Shown here piece after piece: positions 63,105 through 64,000 of a stretch of 64,000 nucleotides of DNA. Source of the stretch: Carcharhinus longimanus (taxonomy: Eukaryota). A program made the translations under genes and the position numbers. Location of the stretch: NCBI GenBank assembly GCA_030264375.1, contig JASCQW010000132.1:77403953-77467952 (forward strand), given 5' to 3'. The notes below the pieces were generated by a model that searched no databases, was not told the DNA's origin, and was given only the letters and a program-made list of their open reading frames with translations. Position 1 is the stretch's first letter. Each line of letters starts with the position of its first letter.

Positions 63105-64000
63105 GGCCCTGTCAGTGGGCGAGAAAGCCAGGGTATCACAGCTCTGGCCATTTTTGGAATTCCCTAAGCAGTTGTGTGCATATCAGCCAGTTAACTACCT
63201 GGTGTCCGGGTTTCCTGTCCTCCCACGGTGGAGGTGCCGCCTCCACAAGCTGCCAGCCAATTAGATGGCCAACACCCTTAAATCCCATCAGCATCATTGG
63301 GAGTGGTGCCACTACTGGTAATGCGACTGGAGCTAGATGAGGCCTTGGAATGGAAGCGTGTAGGGTTGACTGGGATAAGTTAAGCATGCCCTGCCAAGTA
63401 GGATCATTGAGGATAAGGGTATGCTTTCCACAAGTTGGCCCTGGAGGGTTGGTGGGTTCCTGGACCACAGAATGACCAGTCAGGAGGCTCCACAGTNNNN
63501 NNNNNNNNNNNNNNNNNAGGTGTTAATTCTTGCTGGGTGGTCTCTATACATGGCTTAAGGTCCTCTGACACTGAAAGAATGTCAGCAACAGTGCAGTGAG
63601 GTCCTTAAGTGGTCATTAATTGACTGGCAGAAAGGTCATCCACCTTCCCTGCCTAATTCCCCCTCATTCCTCCTTCCACCATCTCCCTGCCTGCTTCCAA
63701 GGTTTGAACTAAATTCTACCCTAGGGACTAAATCTGGCTAGCCCCCAAAAAACACGTGTGCAGATTATAGTACATGATGGACCCACAGCCATTGATTTTG
63801 CTGGAGACAGCATGTTAAATTGATGTTGCCTGACCTTTAAAACAATTGCTGCAAACAGTCAGTGCTACCTGCCTCATGCTTCAATGCAATGTATCTGCAG
63901 GGGTCTCAATATTGCAAGTGGCTAATGTTACTTAAAGACAGCTTGCACTCCTTAAAGAGGAGGCACACAGTGGCTGCAACAAGTGGTGTGAGTCATTTCA
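63105..64000. mobile_element. Harbinger-type non-autonomous element(s)
   Basis: Terminus aaattctaccc at ~63711-63721 abuts a second terminus gggactaaatc; interior resembles 26367-27004. Confidence 0.4.

Noticed and set aside
1-64000. CRISPR arrays, operons or other prokaryotic systems
   Set aside because: The sequence is eukaryotic and TE-rich, with no regularly spaced repeat-spacer array or dense coding structure.

Overview
Repeat-dense vertebrate genomic DNA with several N-gaps. It is almost certainly from a cartilaginous fish (shark), inferred from multiple HE1/V-SINE copies and their CR1 partner tails. Most of the window is decayed transposable elements: CR1, L2, Rex1 and RTE LINEs, at least three SINE families, Gypsy LTR remnants and solo LTRs, PIF/Harbinger transposase and Myb remnants with MITEs, and Penelope-like hairpins. 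No intact long ORF or recognisable host gene is present. The best non-repeat signal is a candidate two-exon minus-strand gene (43597/43561-43456 + 42927-42800) encoding a 77-89 aa signal-peptide-bearing, prohormone-like protein that the ORF track misses because it is spliced. Also notable are a poly(A)-tailed retroelement end fused to repeated U2 snRNA 5' fragments (49005-49330), a tRNA-headed SINE that seems to be built from both ends of a LINE present in the window, degenerate hammerhead-like cores in Penelope-like hairpins, and a Gypsy element carrying inverted pieces of its own LTR. Repeat boundaries were read by eye and are approximate unless stated.
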